Counted from the stretch's first letter, positions 50,623 through 58,598 are shown. The stretch is DNA of 64,000 bases from an uncultured virus (IMG/VR IMGVR_UViG_3300033562_000715) (IMGVR_UViG_3300033562_000715); one strand, 5' to 3'. Numbers and translations: made by a program. Notes: a model not told the origin generated them from the sequence alone.

Positions 50623-51035
50623 TGATACTCATTGAAAATGCTATTGTATCTATGGAATGGGACAAAGAAGGGTTTTATGAAACAAAGAAGGCAGGGTTTG
50701 TGGCAGCAGTCCACATTTACAACACAGAAAAGGGTGTTTGCCCAATAATCTTTAAAGACAATATTGCTTTTATGCTTTATGATGAAGAGACAGAGGCTCC
50801 AGCGAGCAGAGAAATGGTTCAAAAAGAAATGATGGCTTTGATCAAAAGTGGGGATATTAATTATTCAATGGAAGAGAACTTTGCGGATGATTATATTGAA
50901 GTATCATCGGGTATCGAAGTAGATCCAGACGTTGCTGAGATTTATCAATTATCAGAAGAAGATTGCAAGGATATTTTAAATCGTATCAAAGATTTATCAG
51001 GCTATTATGTAACCACATATGAAGATATGTGCTAA
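50622..51035 (+). CDS. acidic hypothetical protein
   Basis: GGAGG RBS; TAATG overlap with previous gene. Confidence 0.7.
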   Translation: MILIENAIVSMEWDKEGFYETKKAGFVAAVHIYNTEKGVCPIIFKDNIAFMLYDEETEAPASREMVQKEMMALIKSGDINYSMEENFADDYIEVSSGIEVDPDVAEIYQLSEEDCKDILNRIKDLSGYYVTTYEDMC

Positions 51036-51062
51036 TTCCTCAATCAGATAAGGTAGTGCAGC

Positions 51063-51108
51063 AAACTCCCCTAAGCATAAGTTAAAGCTTGCTAAGGGGA
51101 GTTTTATT
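51063..51108 (+). terminator. intrinsic terminator
   Basis: AAACTCCCC...GGGGAGTTT hairpin plus T-run. Confidence 0.7.
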
Positions 51109-51153
51109 TTAACCTAAAAAATAACCAGTACTCGAAGAAAGGAGCGTGTTAGT

Positions 51154-51711
51154 ATGTTAGTATTAACATTTCAGAAAAAAGACATCTATGACAAAATACT
51201 AGACGGTAAATATTCCGTAGATTTTTGGAAATCACCTTATGCATTCTTAAACACACGATTTACAGAGGGGTACAGGAAAATCAATAAATTAGTTTCCAAT
51301 AAACTAGGCTTGGCTGAATCTGTAAAAGATGCTTGCTTTTGGGGATGGGTGCAGAACCCATTTTTGGAGTTTATCAAAAACCCTGAGGATTATGTAGCTA
51401 TTTTTGTAGAATTACCGTCAAAAAGTATGGTCTTTTCACTATATGACTGTTTCACCGACTACTGTTTGGAGAACAGCGAAAATTCAGACTACATTATTTC
51501 GAAAGGTAATATTAAGTCTAATGATTGTGTACAGTGTTCATTCAAAGACTTACCACGAGACTCTATAAGATTAGCAGTAGATTTAAACCTACTTGAGGGT
51601 TTAAATGGTTCTATTGAGAGCATGTACATTAGTACAATGTTGAGGGTACAGTGGCTATGTGCTTATCGAGGCAGAAAGGGTATATTCTTTGAGAACTCTG
51701 TTCAGGCTTGA
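51154..51711 (+). CDS. hypothetical protein (possibly DUF3841-like)
   Basis: LTFQ..., FWGW, VELP...FS.YD pattern; AGGAG RBS. Confidence 0.6.
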   Translation: MLVLTFQKKDIYDKILDGKYSVDFWKSPYAFLNTRFTEGYRKINKLVSNKLGLAESVKDACFWGWVQNPFLEFIKNPEDYVAIFVELPSKSMVFSLYDCFTDYCLENSENSDYIISKGNIKSNDCVQCSFKDLPRDSIRLAVDLNLLEGLNGSIESMYISTMLRVQWLCAYRGRKGIFFENSVQA

Positions 51712-51821
51712 ATAGAAGAAGAACTATCATTCTAGCGTATAAGTGGTACAAACCACTTGTATGCTTTTTAAAATATGTTAAGCTTATATTAAATAGATAT
51801 TAGTTTCTAAAAGAAGGGGGT

Positions 51822-52094
51822 ATGAATGTGCAGGAGTTTGATTTAGACATATTTAAAGGTAATCATTTCGTAGTACACTGTAAAACAGAAGAAGAAGCAA
51901 TTGATTTTTGTAGAGAGATGAACAAACACGGCTTAAAATGGGCAAGTGGGCATGAGTTTATAGACTACACAAATTGGGTACAGGAGAAAGAATTAACTTG
52001 TTATTGGTCAAGGGGTGAATTTGGTAGCATAAATTATGCAGTTGAGCATGGTTGTAAAATAATAGAATGGTCAGACTATATGAAGGAGGAGTAA
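51822..52094 (+). CDS. hypothetical phage protein, paralog of the N-terminus of 4369..4878
   Basis: VVHCKTEEEAIDF...IIEWSDYM. Confidence 0.75.
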   Translation: MNVQEFDLDIFKGNHFVVHCKTEEEAIDFCREMNKHGLKWASGHEFIDYTNWVQEKELTCYWSRGEFGSINYAVEHGCKIIEWSDYMKEE

Positions 52095-52098
52095 TAAG

Positions 52099-52238
52099 AT
52101 GGGACAATTTAATTGGGTTGAGTGATAGTGTAACCTATGTTAGAAGACAATGGTAAAAATAATGTAAGTAAGTACAAATACACATTAAATTATAACCCAA
52201 AAATTTGGATACCAACTGACTTAGAAAATATTGATTAG
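52099..52238 (+). pseudogene. gene remnant (deletion and frameshift)
   Basis: GGAGGAG RBS and ATG give only MGQFNWVE*; other frames read IGLSDSVTYV and EDNGKNNVSKYKYTLNYNPKIWIP, resembling the C-terminus of a common phage lipoprotein family. Confidence 0.5.
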
Positions 52239-52332
52239 TTTGTAAATTTTAGACTATAAGAGAGGAATCTCTTGTAGTCTTTTTACATATATGGTAAAAT
52301 TAAGTAAATAGAAAAAATAGGAGGTACACTTT

Positions 52333-52959
52333 ATGTTAATGGTAGAAGTATATAAAGTTTCAGACAAATTTTTATCAATTGAAACTGCAGAAGAAGCTAA
52401 GGACTATATTAAAGATGGTGGTAAAGTAAAAGATGTAAGACTTATTAATCTAGAAAATAGTGTAATTATTTCAGAAGAAGGGTATGTAGATTCTAACGGA
52501 TGTTTTCATACTCCTAAATTTGGAGTCAACATTGAGGGTGCTTTTTATGACATAGGTAAAGGGTTTTTAGCAAGCATTCAATTAGTAGAGAAATTTAGAG
52601 ATAATTCTTCAATTAGTATTAATTCTATTAATAAAGAGTCTTTTAGGTTATATCAGGATATGGTACTCTATATTTTAATGAATAGAGATAAGCTAAAGAG
52701 TATATCTTATATAAATAGTTCAGAAGACATCTTTAACTCTATACTAGAAGGAGGTAATTACTTAAGTTCTTTTACAGACTCGTTTCAAGAATACCTTAAA
52801 TACACTGAAGAAATAAGAGAAATTATTGGTCAAAGAGGATACTTATTTGTACCATATGAACTAAAAGCAAAAAGGAAAAAATTCAAAGTATCACTTATGA
52901 CTTCCTTGGTTTATGCAAACAATGAGTGCATAACAACGGAGGTACAAGATTGTGAGTAA
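52333..52959 (+). CDS. hypothetical protein
   Basis: GGAGGT RBS; promoter TATGGTAAAAT at 52290. Confidence 0.75.
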   Translation: MLMVEVYKVSDKFLSIETAEEAKDYIKDGGKVKDVRLINLENSVIISEEGYVDSNGCFHTPKFGVNIEGAFYDIGKGFLASIQLVEKFRDNSSISINSINKESFRLYQDMVLYILMNRDKLKSISYINSSEDIFNSILEGGNYLSSFTDSFQEYLKYTEEIREIIGQRGYLFVPYELKAKRKKFKVSLMTSLVYANNECITTEVQDCE

Positions 52960-53236
52960 AGAAGATCTTTATGGACTAGAACTAGAGTACTTTAATAGCA
53001 TTAGTAAAGGAAAAGAACTTACTTCTAACTTAGGTGAGTTGCATGGTGCATTAAAGATAAAAGAATTAAATAAAGGTGCTAACTGTAAAAATGCAGACTG
53101 TAAAAACTGTATGTTTTACTATAGTAAAGATGACTGGGAGTGTGGTAAACCTATCTGCATTTCTGCATCTGATAGGGTATTGGTAGAATCTTTATTAATA
53201 GAATGGAAAAATAGTACTCTAGAAAGGGTATCATAA
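52952..53236 (+). CDS. small Cys-rich protein
   Basis: NCKNADCKNCMF...C....C. Confidence 0.65.
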   Translation: MSKEDLYGLELEYFNSISKGKELTSNLGELHGALKIKELNKGANCKNADCKNCMFYYSKDDWECGKPICISASDRVLVESLLIEWKNSTLERVS

Positions 53237-53394
53237 CTTATTACAGTGTAAAAGGCTTTAAGTGAACTAAAAACAGAAAATAGACTAGTATTTTTAGAAG
53301 TGAGATTCCTTTTTAAAGTGTCAAACACTTTTAAGTAGTTATAGTTGAATATTTCTAATATTTTTATGAAAAGTAGTGAGAGGTGATGATATAA

Positions 53395-53712
53395 ATGTTT
53401 AAGTATTTTAATAATTTAAGTGTAAAAGACGTATTATGCTTTTGCATAAAGGTTTTAATTGGTGTTTCATTACTTGTGATAATCTTCATTGTTTATAAGT
53501 GTTGTAGTACTCCCTATGTTAAACCTATTTCAACAGGTTATGTTGTATCTTCAAAAGAATCTAGCGTAAATAATATAAATGATATATCTGTAGGAACTTT
53601 TAATGTAAATATAAAAGTACCAGAGAATACAATAGTGACTTTAAAGGTATTAAAACCTATAACCTTTTCACCAATGCATATTGAAAATGGTGAATCCTAC
53701 TCAACAAAATAA
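53395..53712 (+). CDS. membrane-anchored hypothetical protein
   Basis: N-terminal TM helix; GAGGTG RBS. Confidence 0.65.
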   Translation: MFKYFNNLSVKDVLCFCIKVLIGVSLLVIIFIVYKCCSTPYVKPISTGYVVSSKESSVNNINDISVGTFNVNIKVPENTIVTLKVLKPITFSPMHIENGESYSTK

Positions 53713-53773
53713 GAAAGGTGGAATAAATTAGTAGTAAACTTTAGGGTACTGCTACTAATTAAAAGGTGTAAAC

Positions 53774-54094
53774 TTGGAAAAATATATTAATGAACTACAG
53801 AAGAAGAGAGATTGCTGTAAAATATGTCATGAAAAGGAGCTAATAGGTTGTGATACTTGTGTAAACCACGTATCAACGGATGACCTTGTTATCTTATGTG
53901 AACATAATACATCAGAAGTACAGGGTAAGTTGATTGAGATAGAATCATTTTTACAAGAGCAACTTAAGGATATGGAGAGTATACCTAGATTTGAGACTAG
54001 CCCTAAGAACTTATTTAAGAGTTTACTTTTGGTGTTTGGAATGTTATTCTTTGCAGTATTAGTAATAACCTTTGTGTACTACTTTTCAGCGTAA
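53774..54094 (+). CDS. Cys-rich protein with C-terminal TM helix
   Basis: CCKIC...CDTC; LLLVFGMLFFAVLVITFVYYF. Confidence 0.65.
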   Translation: MEKYINELQKKRDCCKICHEKELIGCDTCVNHVSTDDLVILCEHNTSEVQGKLIEIESFLQEQLKDMESIPRFETSPKNLFKSLLLVFGMLFFAVLVITFVYYFSA

Positions 54095-54130
54095 GATATA
54101 TAGAATAGCTTATATTTTTTTAAGATTCAC

Positions 54131-54159
54131 TTGTTATATACTTAAGACTTTGGTAAACT
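54131..54159 (+). promoter_or_regulatory. promoter of the non-coding RNA unit
   Basis: TTGTTA-17 bp-TAAACT with TG extension; no RBS or ORF follows. Confidence 0.65.
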
Positions 54160-54181
54160 ATAAGTATCTTAAGTTATATCT

Positions 54182-54278
54182 GCCTCGAATAGTCGATGGA
54201 GAGACATAGTGAGAACACTAGTAGGTGAATAATAACGTTATGAATAACCTAATGTGGGTTCGATTCCCAATCGAGGCA
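54182..54278 (+). ncRNA. tRNA-like RNA with non-canonical 4-nt anticodon loop and long variable arm (pseudo-tRNA / tRNA mimic)
   Basis: Acceptor GCCTCGA/TCGAGGC plus discriminator A; D arm GTC-GATGGAGA-GAC; TAGTG-AGAA-CACTA; variable stem TAGGT/ACCTA; T arm TGGG-TTCGATT-CCCA; no CCA. Confidence 0.8.
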
Positions 54279-54507
54279 CTGGTGTAGTAGCACATTCTGA
54301 TAGTGGTAAGGAGTGTATGCACCTAAAGGACCACTAAACCTATAAGGATCTTAAGCATTTCGCTCACTTTGGCTTAGGCATCTCTGTTAAGAGATGAAGA
54401 GAAGTAGTCTTTCTAGCAACAAGCCTTGTTCCTTGCCCGAGGAAGCTAGATTGAAATTGAGATGGCGAGGATTTTAGTAGGGGTGAAGAACACCTTTACA
54501 CACCAGT
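54278..54507 (+). ncRNA. ~230-nt highly structured RNA, raiA-motif-like
   Basis: Closing helix ACTGGTGT/ACACCAGT; internal helices ACATTCT/GGAGTGT, CTTAAGC/GCTTAGG, CATCTCT/AGAGATG, TCTAGC/GCTAGA, AGGGGTG/CACCTTT; pseudoknot TAGTGGT/ACCACTA; GC richer than flanks; no ORF. Confidence 0.7.
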
Positions 54508-54509
54508 AA

Positions 54510-54572
54510 GTTGGGGTTCCAAAGAGATGGGAACTTGTAGTAAATAAACACTATGAGTTCAATATCCCAACG
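54510..54572 (+). ncRNA. degenerate tRNA-like element
   Basis: 7-bp acceptor-like GTTGGGG/TCCCAAC, TTCC/GGAA arm, GTAGT/ACTAT arm, T-loop-like GTTCAAT but no full T stem. Confidence 0.45.
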
Positions 54573-54576
54573 ATGT

Positions 54577-54619
54577 TTGAGCCATCTAGTAGTAATATTA
54601 GATGGCTCAATTTATACTT
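54577..54619 (+). terminator. terminator closing the ncRNA unit
   Basis: TTGAGCCATCTAGTA-GTAA-TATTAGATGGCTCAA 15-bp hairpin followed by TTTATACTT. Confidence 0.7.
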
Positions 54620-54632
54620 AGGAGGTAAGAAA

Positions 54633-54851
54633 ATGAGTAAGGTTTATATTAAGGCAGTTGAAAATATTACATTAGAAGGTGAAAAGGGTTATGTAAAGTC
54701 TGTAAGAAATACTGAGGGAGGGTATATGTACTCTTTAACAGATGATAAAGTGCTTGCAATAGACTATATTTCAGCAGACCAAGCTATGTGTTACATTGAC
54801 TTAATAGCTGAAAATGGATTAAAAAATAATATTGTATTTATTATAGAATAG
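54633..54851 (+). CDS. hypothetical protein
   Basis: ATG 54633 after GGAGGT. Confidence 0.7.
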   Translation: MSKVYIKAVENITLEGEKGYVKSVRNTEGGYMYSLTDDKVLAIDYISADQAMCYIDLIAENGLKNNIVFIIE

Positions 54852-54863
54852 GAGGGTATCCGT

Positions 54864-55199
54864 ATGAAAGGTACTAATGAAAAACCAGAAGAAAAGGGTG
54901 TAACTTTAAGAGAGCTTTTATTATCTCTTATAGATGATGAAGAGCGAGGTTACAATTTCTTAAGAGCTCTATCTAAAGAAGATAAAGCAACTATAGTAGA
55001 AAAGATTGTAACTATTCGCAATAACAACTTACCAATAAGAGAGTTTATGAGAATTCAAGGTCATTCTCTCTCAATGTTGGAGAGCATGTATGTTAAGGAA
55101 GAAACTACAGGGGATTTGTGTAAAGATATAGCAAGAGCTATAGATTATGCTTGTATTTTTGTTGGTTGTTGTTCAGAAGAACAAGAGGAGATGCTATAA
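54864..55199 (+). CDS. hypothetical protein
   Basis: GGAGG RBS, 111 aa. Confidence 0.7.
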   Translation: MKGTNEKPEEKGVTLRELLLSLIDDEERGYNFLRALSKEDKATIVEKIVTIRNNNLPIREFMRIQGHSLSMLESMYVKEETTGDLCKDIARAIDYACIFVGCCSEEQEEML

Positions 55200-55200
55200 T

Positions 55201-56064
55201 ATGATAGATATAATAGTTAAGCCTATTGAAGATGCTGTAGAATGTGTTTCTAAGCAAGAAGACTATATTCCTTTATCTCCTGAGGAAAGAAGAACTTTAG
55301 AACTCCGAATCAAAGATTTAGATAATGAAATTAGAAAATTGGAAGCAGATATTAAGGGTAATCCTGATAAAGAGGTAAAGACTGTAGAGTGTGAGTATAG
55401 GCAAGAAGACCCTACTTCTTTATCAGAAGATGAAATATTTGATAAAGAATCACAAATTGAAGATTTAGACCATAAGATTAGAGGACTAAAGGAAAATTAT
55501 AAGGATGATATTGGTAAAATTATAGCGAAGGAAAAACCTTTTTCAGAAGAAGACATAAAAGCAACTAATAAATATTTTAATGTTTTAACTATGAAATTGA
55601 AACAGTCTACTGACTTTTTATTGAAGTATGGAATAAGGGTAAACACTTATACCTTAGTAGACTCGCCCAAACCTAGTATACTATCTAAAGAGAGCCTATT
55701 AGACGTTATAAGTAATGTACGTTCAGACAATTGGAAGGACTCTTGTTGTGGTACTAACTATCTTGTAGAAGATCTTTGTAATGAAACAGCAGTTGGTATT
55801 TTAAACCTATTAAATGGTTATATTCTACCTATGTATAGAATAGGTGATGTTGTTTGGTTTATAAATGAGCATCTCTCTCCAATTTCATTTAGTATTAACT
55901 CTATAACTATAAGATTGAATGAAGTTTCTTACACAGGCTCTTATAACAAGAAGGAAGAATGGCGATCGAATGAATTTTTTTACACAGGCTCTTATATTGA
56001 GAAGAGAGAATGGCAATTGTTTGAATCTAAAGAGAGTGCTTTAAATAGCATAAGAGGGGATTAA
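55201..56064 (+). CDS. coiled-coil hypothetical protein with internal repeats
   Basis: ATG 55201 after GAGGAG; duplicated coil segments and duplicated YTGSY...EW. Confidence 0.7.
   Translation: MIDIIVKPIEDAVECVSKQEDYIPLSPEERRTLELRIKDLDNEIRKLEADIKGNPDKEVKTVECEYRQEDPTSLSEDEIFDKESQIEDLDHKIRGLKENYKDDIGKIIAKEKPFSEEDIKATNKYFNVLTMKLKQSTDFLLKYGIRVNTYTLVDSPKPSILSKESLLDVISNVRSDNWKDSCCGTNYLVEDLCNETAVGILNLLNGYILPMYRIGDVVWFINEHLSPISFSINSITIRLNEVSYTGSYNKKEEWRSNEFFYTGSYIEKREWQLFESKESALNSIRGD
55918..56019 (+). repeat. imperfect in-frame 51-bp tandem duplication
   Basis: TTACACAGGCTCTTATA at 55929 and 55980. Confidence 0.75.
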
Positions 56065-56066
56065 AA

Positions 56067-56903
56067 ATGAAAGAACACTCAAGTCCTTGTAACATTTGTT
56101 TAGAAACTACTTGTACTAAAGAGGGTTCTTGCAACTGTAAGAAATGCAATCATATTTCAGAATGCAATAGGTTTTTACACGCTAGTATAAGAATAACCAA
56201 TAAGTGTACTCAAAGTTGTAGGCATTGTTGCTTTTGCAGTTCTCCTAAGAGTGAAATAATGATGTCAGTTGCTCAGGCTAAAGATACTAGCATCTTTTTA
56301 GAAAACAACAACGTAAAAAGTATTCAAGTTTTAGGAGGTGAATTCTTTTGCAATCCAGATTGGTCAGAAATTTTGGAGATGTTCTTGAAAGTCGTAGCAT
56401 CCATCCGTCTTGTTACTAATGGTGACTGGGCAGTCGTTTCAAATGTTAAAACTTCCCTTATAAGGTTAAATAAAGAATATCCAGGGGTTCTAAAAGTGTC
56501 TGTTTCTAAAGATAAATGGCATACAAATAGTAATGTAGATTTGGCTGAAGAATTCTTAAGTGCAAATGGTTTTGAGTATAATATTGGTGAGTGTGAAAAC
56601 AATGACGAAGACTCTATTGTACCAGTGGGTAATGCATCCTTTGGAACTTCTTATTATGCTTGTTTCTCTTGCTACTGTAAGAATCCTAAGTATCATTATG
56701 CTTTCTTAATAGATGAAGAAGGGAAGATTTATAAATGTTCTTTTGGTGTTTGCAACTATGCTAGCATTAAAGACTATTTAGACGGTGGGTTTAGTAAAAG
56801 ATTCAGAACTTTTAATTTAGCTTTCAATAGCCAGTTCATATCTTCTTGTTCTGCTTGCTATAGGGTATTCAAAAGAGATAATGCAGTAGTAAGAACGGAC
56901 TAA
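56067..56903 (+). CDS. radical SAM enzyme with Cys-rich N-terminus and SPASM/twitch-like C-terminus
   Basis: TNKCTQSCRHCC (CxxxCxxC), LGGEF, VTNG, IDEEGKIYKC, CSAC. Confidence 0.9.
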   Translation: MKEHSSPCNICLETTCTKEGSCNCKKCNHISECNRFLHASIRITNKCTQSCRHCCFCSSPKSEIMMSVAQAKDTSIFLENNNVKSIQVLGGEFFCNPDWSEILEMFLKVVASIRLVTNGDWAVVSNVKTSLIRLNKEYPGVLKVSVSKDKWHTNSNVDLAEEFLSANGFEYNIGECENNDEDSIVPVGNASFGTSYYACFSCYCKNPKYHYAFLIDEEGKIYKCSFGVCNYASIKDYLDGGFSKRFRTFNLAFNSQFISSCSACYRVFKRDNAVVRTD

Positions 56904-56932
56904 TTTTCCTATTGTAATATATGTTTAATTAG

Positions 56933-56980
56933 AAAAAGGAATCATATTATTTAGAAAATCAAATAATATGATTCCTTTTT
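56933..56980. terminator. perfect 20-bp inverted repeat, probable bidirectional terminator
   Basis: AAAAAGGAATCATATTATTT-8 nt-AAATAATATGATTCCTTTTT. Confidence 0.75.
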
Positions 56981-57830
56981 TAATTATGCTTAATCTCAAA
57001 TACTTAGAATATGCCTAATTATCTTGAGTTTATATATGTACATACTTATTGACTTGTACTGAGGTTACAGTAGTACATTTACTTTAGACTTATTTTAGAA
57101 AGTGTATGGTATATTTTAGTTTTTGGAACGTAATATATAGACTTAGGATAGTACAGATTAGTCCTAGTATGGTATTAGTTAGAATAGTCATGACTATACT
57201 TAGACTTGGGATAAGCTACTTTAGACTTTGCATCGTTAATTATACTTAGGTAAATATACTTTATCTGCCTAATAGTGGAATCTGTTTATCTTATAAAGTA
57301 TAAGCATTTCTTTTGGACTAAAGCTAGAATAATCTAGTAATTCTACTATTGCAGTTGGTTAGTGGGTAAACTGTTTCTCTTTATTTTACATATTAATCCT
57401 TTGCAACCAAATCTTTTAACTATAATTGGTTTTCCTTTGGGTATAGATTTAATAAAAAATGTGTAAACTGTTAAATATTAAATATTGTTTATGTTTCATA
57501 TTATGTGTAGAGTTTGTGTTAAGTTCATTACAAGTTATGAACAGAGGTTAGTTCAGGAGCCTTTGTTCATTTTTGTTTAATTTTTTGTTTATTTTTTGTG
57601 TTTAACTTTTGTGTTAGAATATCGTGTGTTGTAAGTTTTCACGTGAAAATCTGCTGAGTCAGTGGGTTTCCGCAAAAATTATTCTGTGGATTGTACTTTG
57701 TTTAGTAAATTTGTTTAGTTGTTTTGTTTAAAAACTTTATTATATATGAAACATAGTAAGAACTTTAACAGTTGAAACATCTCAAATATTTTGGTTACTC
57801 TCTTTTAATAAAAGTAGAGAAGGTCTTAAA
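56981..57830. other. long non-coding region, candidate replication origin / partition site
   Basis: Longest intergenic gap; TAGACTT x4, phased TTTGT(T/G) repeats, TTTGTTTA x3 at 13-bp period, palindrome TTTTCACGTGAAAA. Confidence 0.45.
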
Positions 57831-57843
57831 ACAATGTTAGAAG

Positions 57844-57854
57844 TATGTTATAAT
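57844..57854 (+). promoter_or_regulatory. extended -10 promoter
   Basis: TATGTTATAAT, consensus extended -10, upstream of 57951. Confidence 0.6.
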
Positions 57855-57950
57855 ATACTTAGTGGATATCTGACAATTGTTTATTTTACCTACTTTTAGA
57901 ACGAAGATAAACAAAAACAGAAATCTAAACAGTGACGGAGGCAACTAGAC

Positions 57951-58598
57951 ATGAACAACATTGGGTTTTTTAGAGCTATGCTCTTAGCTAAAGAGGACAT
58001 AGCCAGACGTAAAGATAAGCCAGCAGGTGAGACTTATCTAAAAGTGCGTAAATTTATAGAGGGAGGCTCTTATTCTACTTATAAGAAAGCCGATATACTT
58101 GCAACAAGTGTACTAGGAGGGTACTCAGATAGCTATACAGCAAGAACTCTAGACGTTAGTGAAACAACATTACGGGTGCACAAAAGTAATCTATCAAAGG
58201 AACTATATATTCTGTTTGGTGATGACTTCTTTGACCTACTTAGAAATTATGCAGAAAATAAGAAAGAGTTATTAAGCAGATTAAACATTACTTCTACTTT
58301 CAATCTTTCTTCAAGGGACATTCTTCCCGAAGAACTCTTAGTTGTAGTATCAAATTTAAAGGTTGGTGAACAGAAGCTTACTGAAAAGGACATCCCAATT
58401 TCTTCTTGTGAGAAGGAAATCTCTTTTTTAGTAAGGCATAGCTTAACTTTGGCTAAAAAGGAAATTTATTCTTTAGATACAAGGAAATTGCTTTATTTAA
58501 TTGACATAATAGACAAAAACACTGAGACTACAGGTCGTGGGGAGTTACTGTCTAAATTGTATGAAGAAGGAGGACTAGAGGATGTTAGACAGGATTAA
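57951..58598 (+). CDS. helix-turn-helix DNA-binding protein
   Basis: GYSDSYTARTLDVSETTLRVHKSNL, LuxR/sigma4-type HTH. Confidence 0.65.
   Translation: MNNIGFFRAMLLAKEDIARRKDKPAGETYLKVRKFIEGGSYSTYKKADILATSVLGGYSDSYTARTLDVSETTLRVHKSNLSKELYILFGDDFFDLLRNYAENKKELLSRLNITSTFNLSSRDILPEELLVVVSNLKVGEQKLTEKDIPISSCEKEISFLVRHSLTLAKKEIYSLDTRKLLYLIDIIDKNTETTGRGELLSKLYEEGGLEDVRQD

Noticed and set aside
54182..54278. Functional decoding tRNA
   Set aside because: Anticodon loop is 4 nt (6 at most), so no anticodon can be assigned.
54278..54507. SRP RNA, RNase P RNA, tmRNA or 6S RNA
   Set aside because: AGGAAGC is present but not in the SRP helix-8 context (CAGGTCCGGAAGGAAGCAGC); no GAGGAAAGTCC; no tag ORF or tmRNA ends; fold is multi-branched rather than a 6S rod.
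57685..57693. DnaA box (TGTGGATTG)
   Set aside because: Single copy with two mismatches to TGTGGATAA; not distinguishable from chance.
56981..57830. CRISPR array
   Set aside because: Repeats are only 7-12 bp, with no constant repeat-spacer period and no cas genes.
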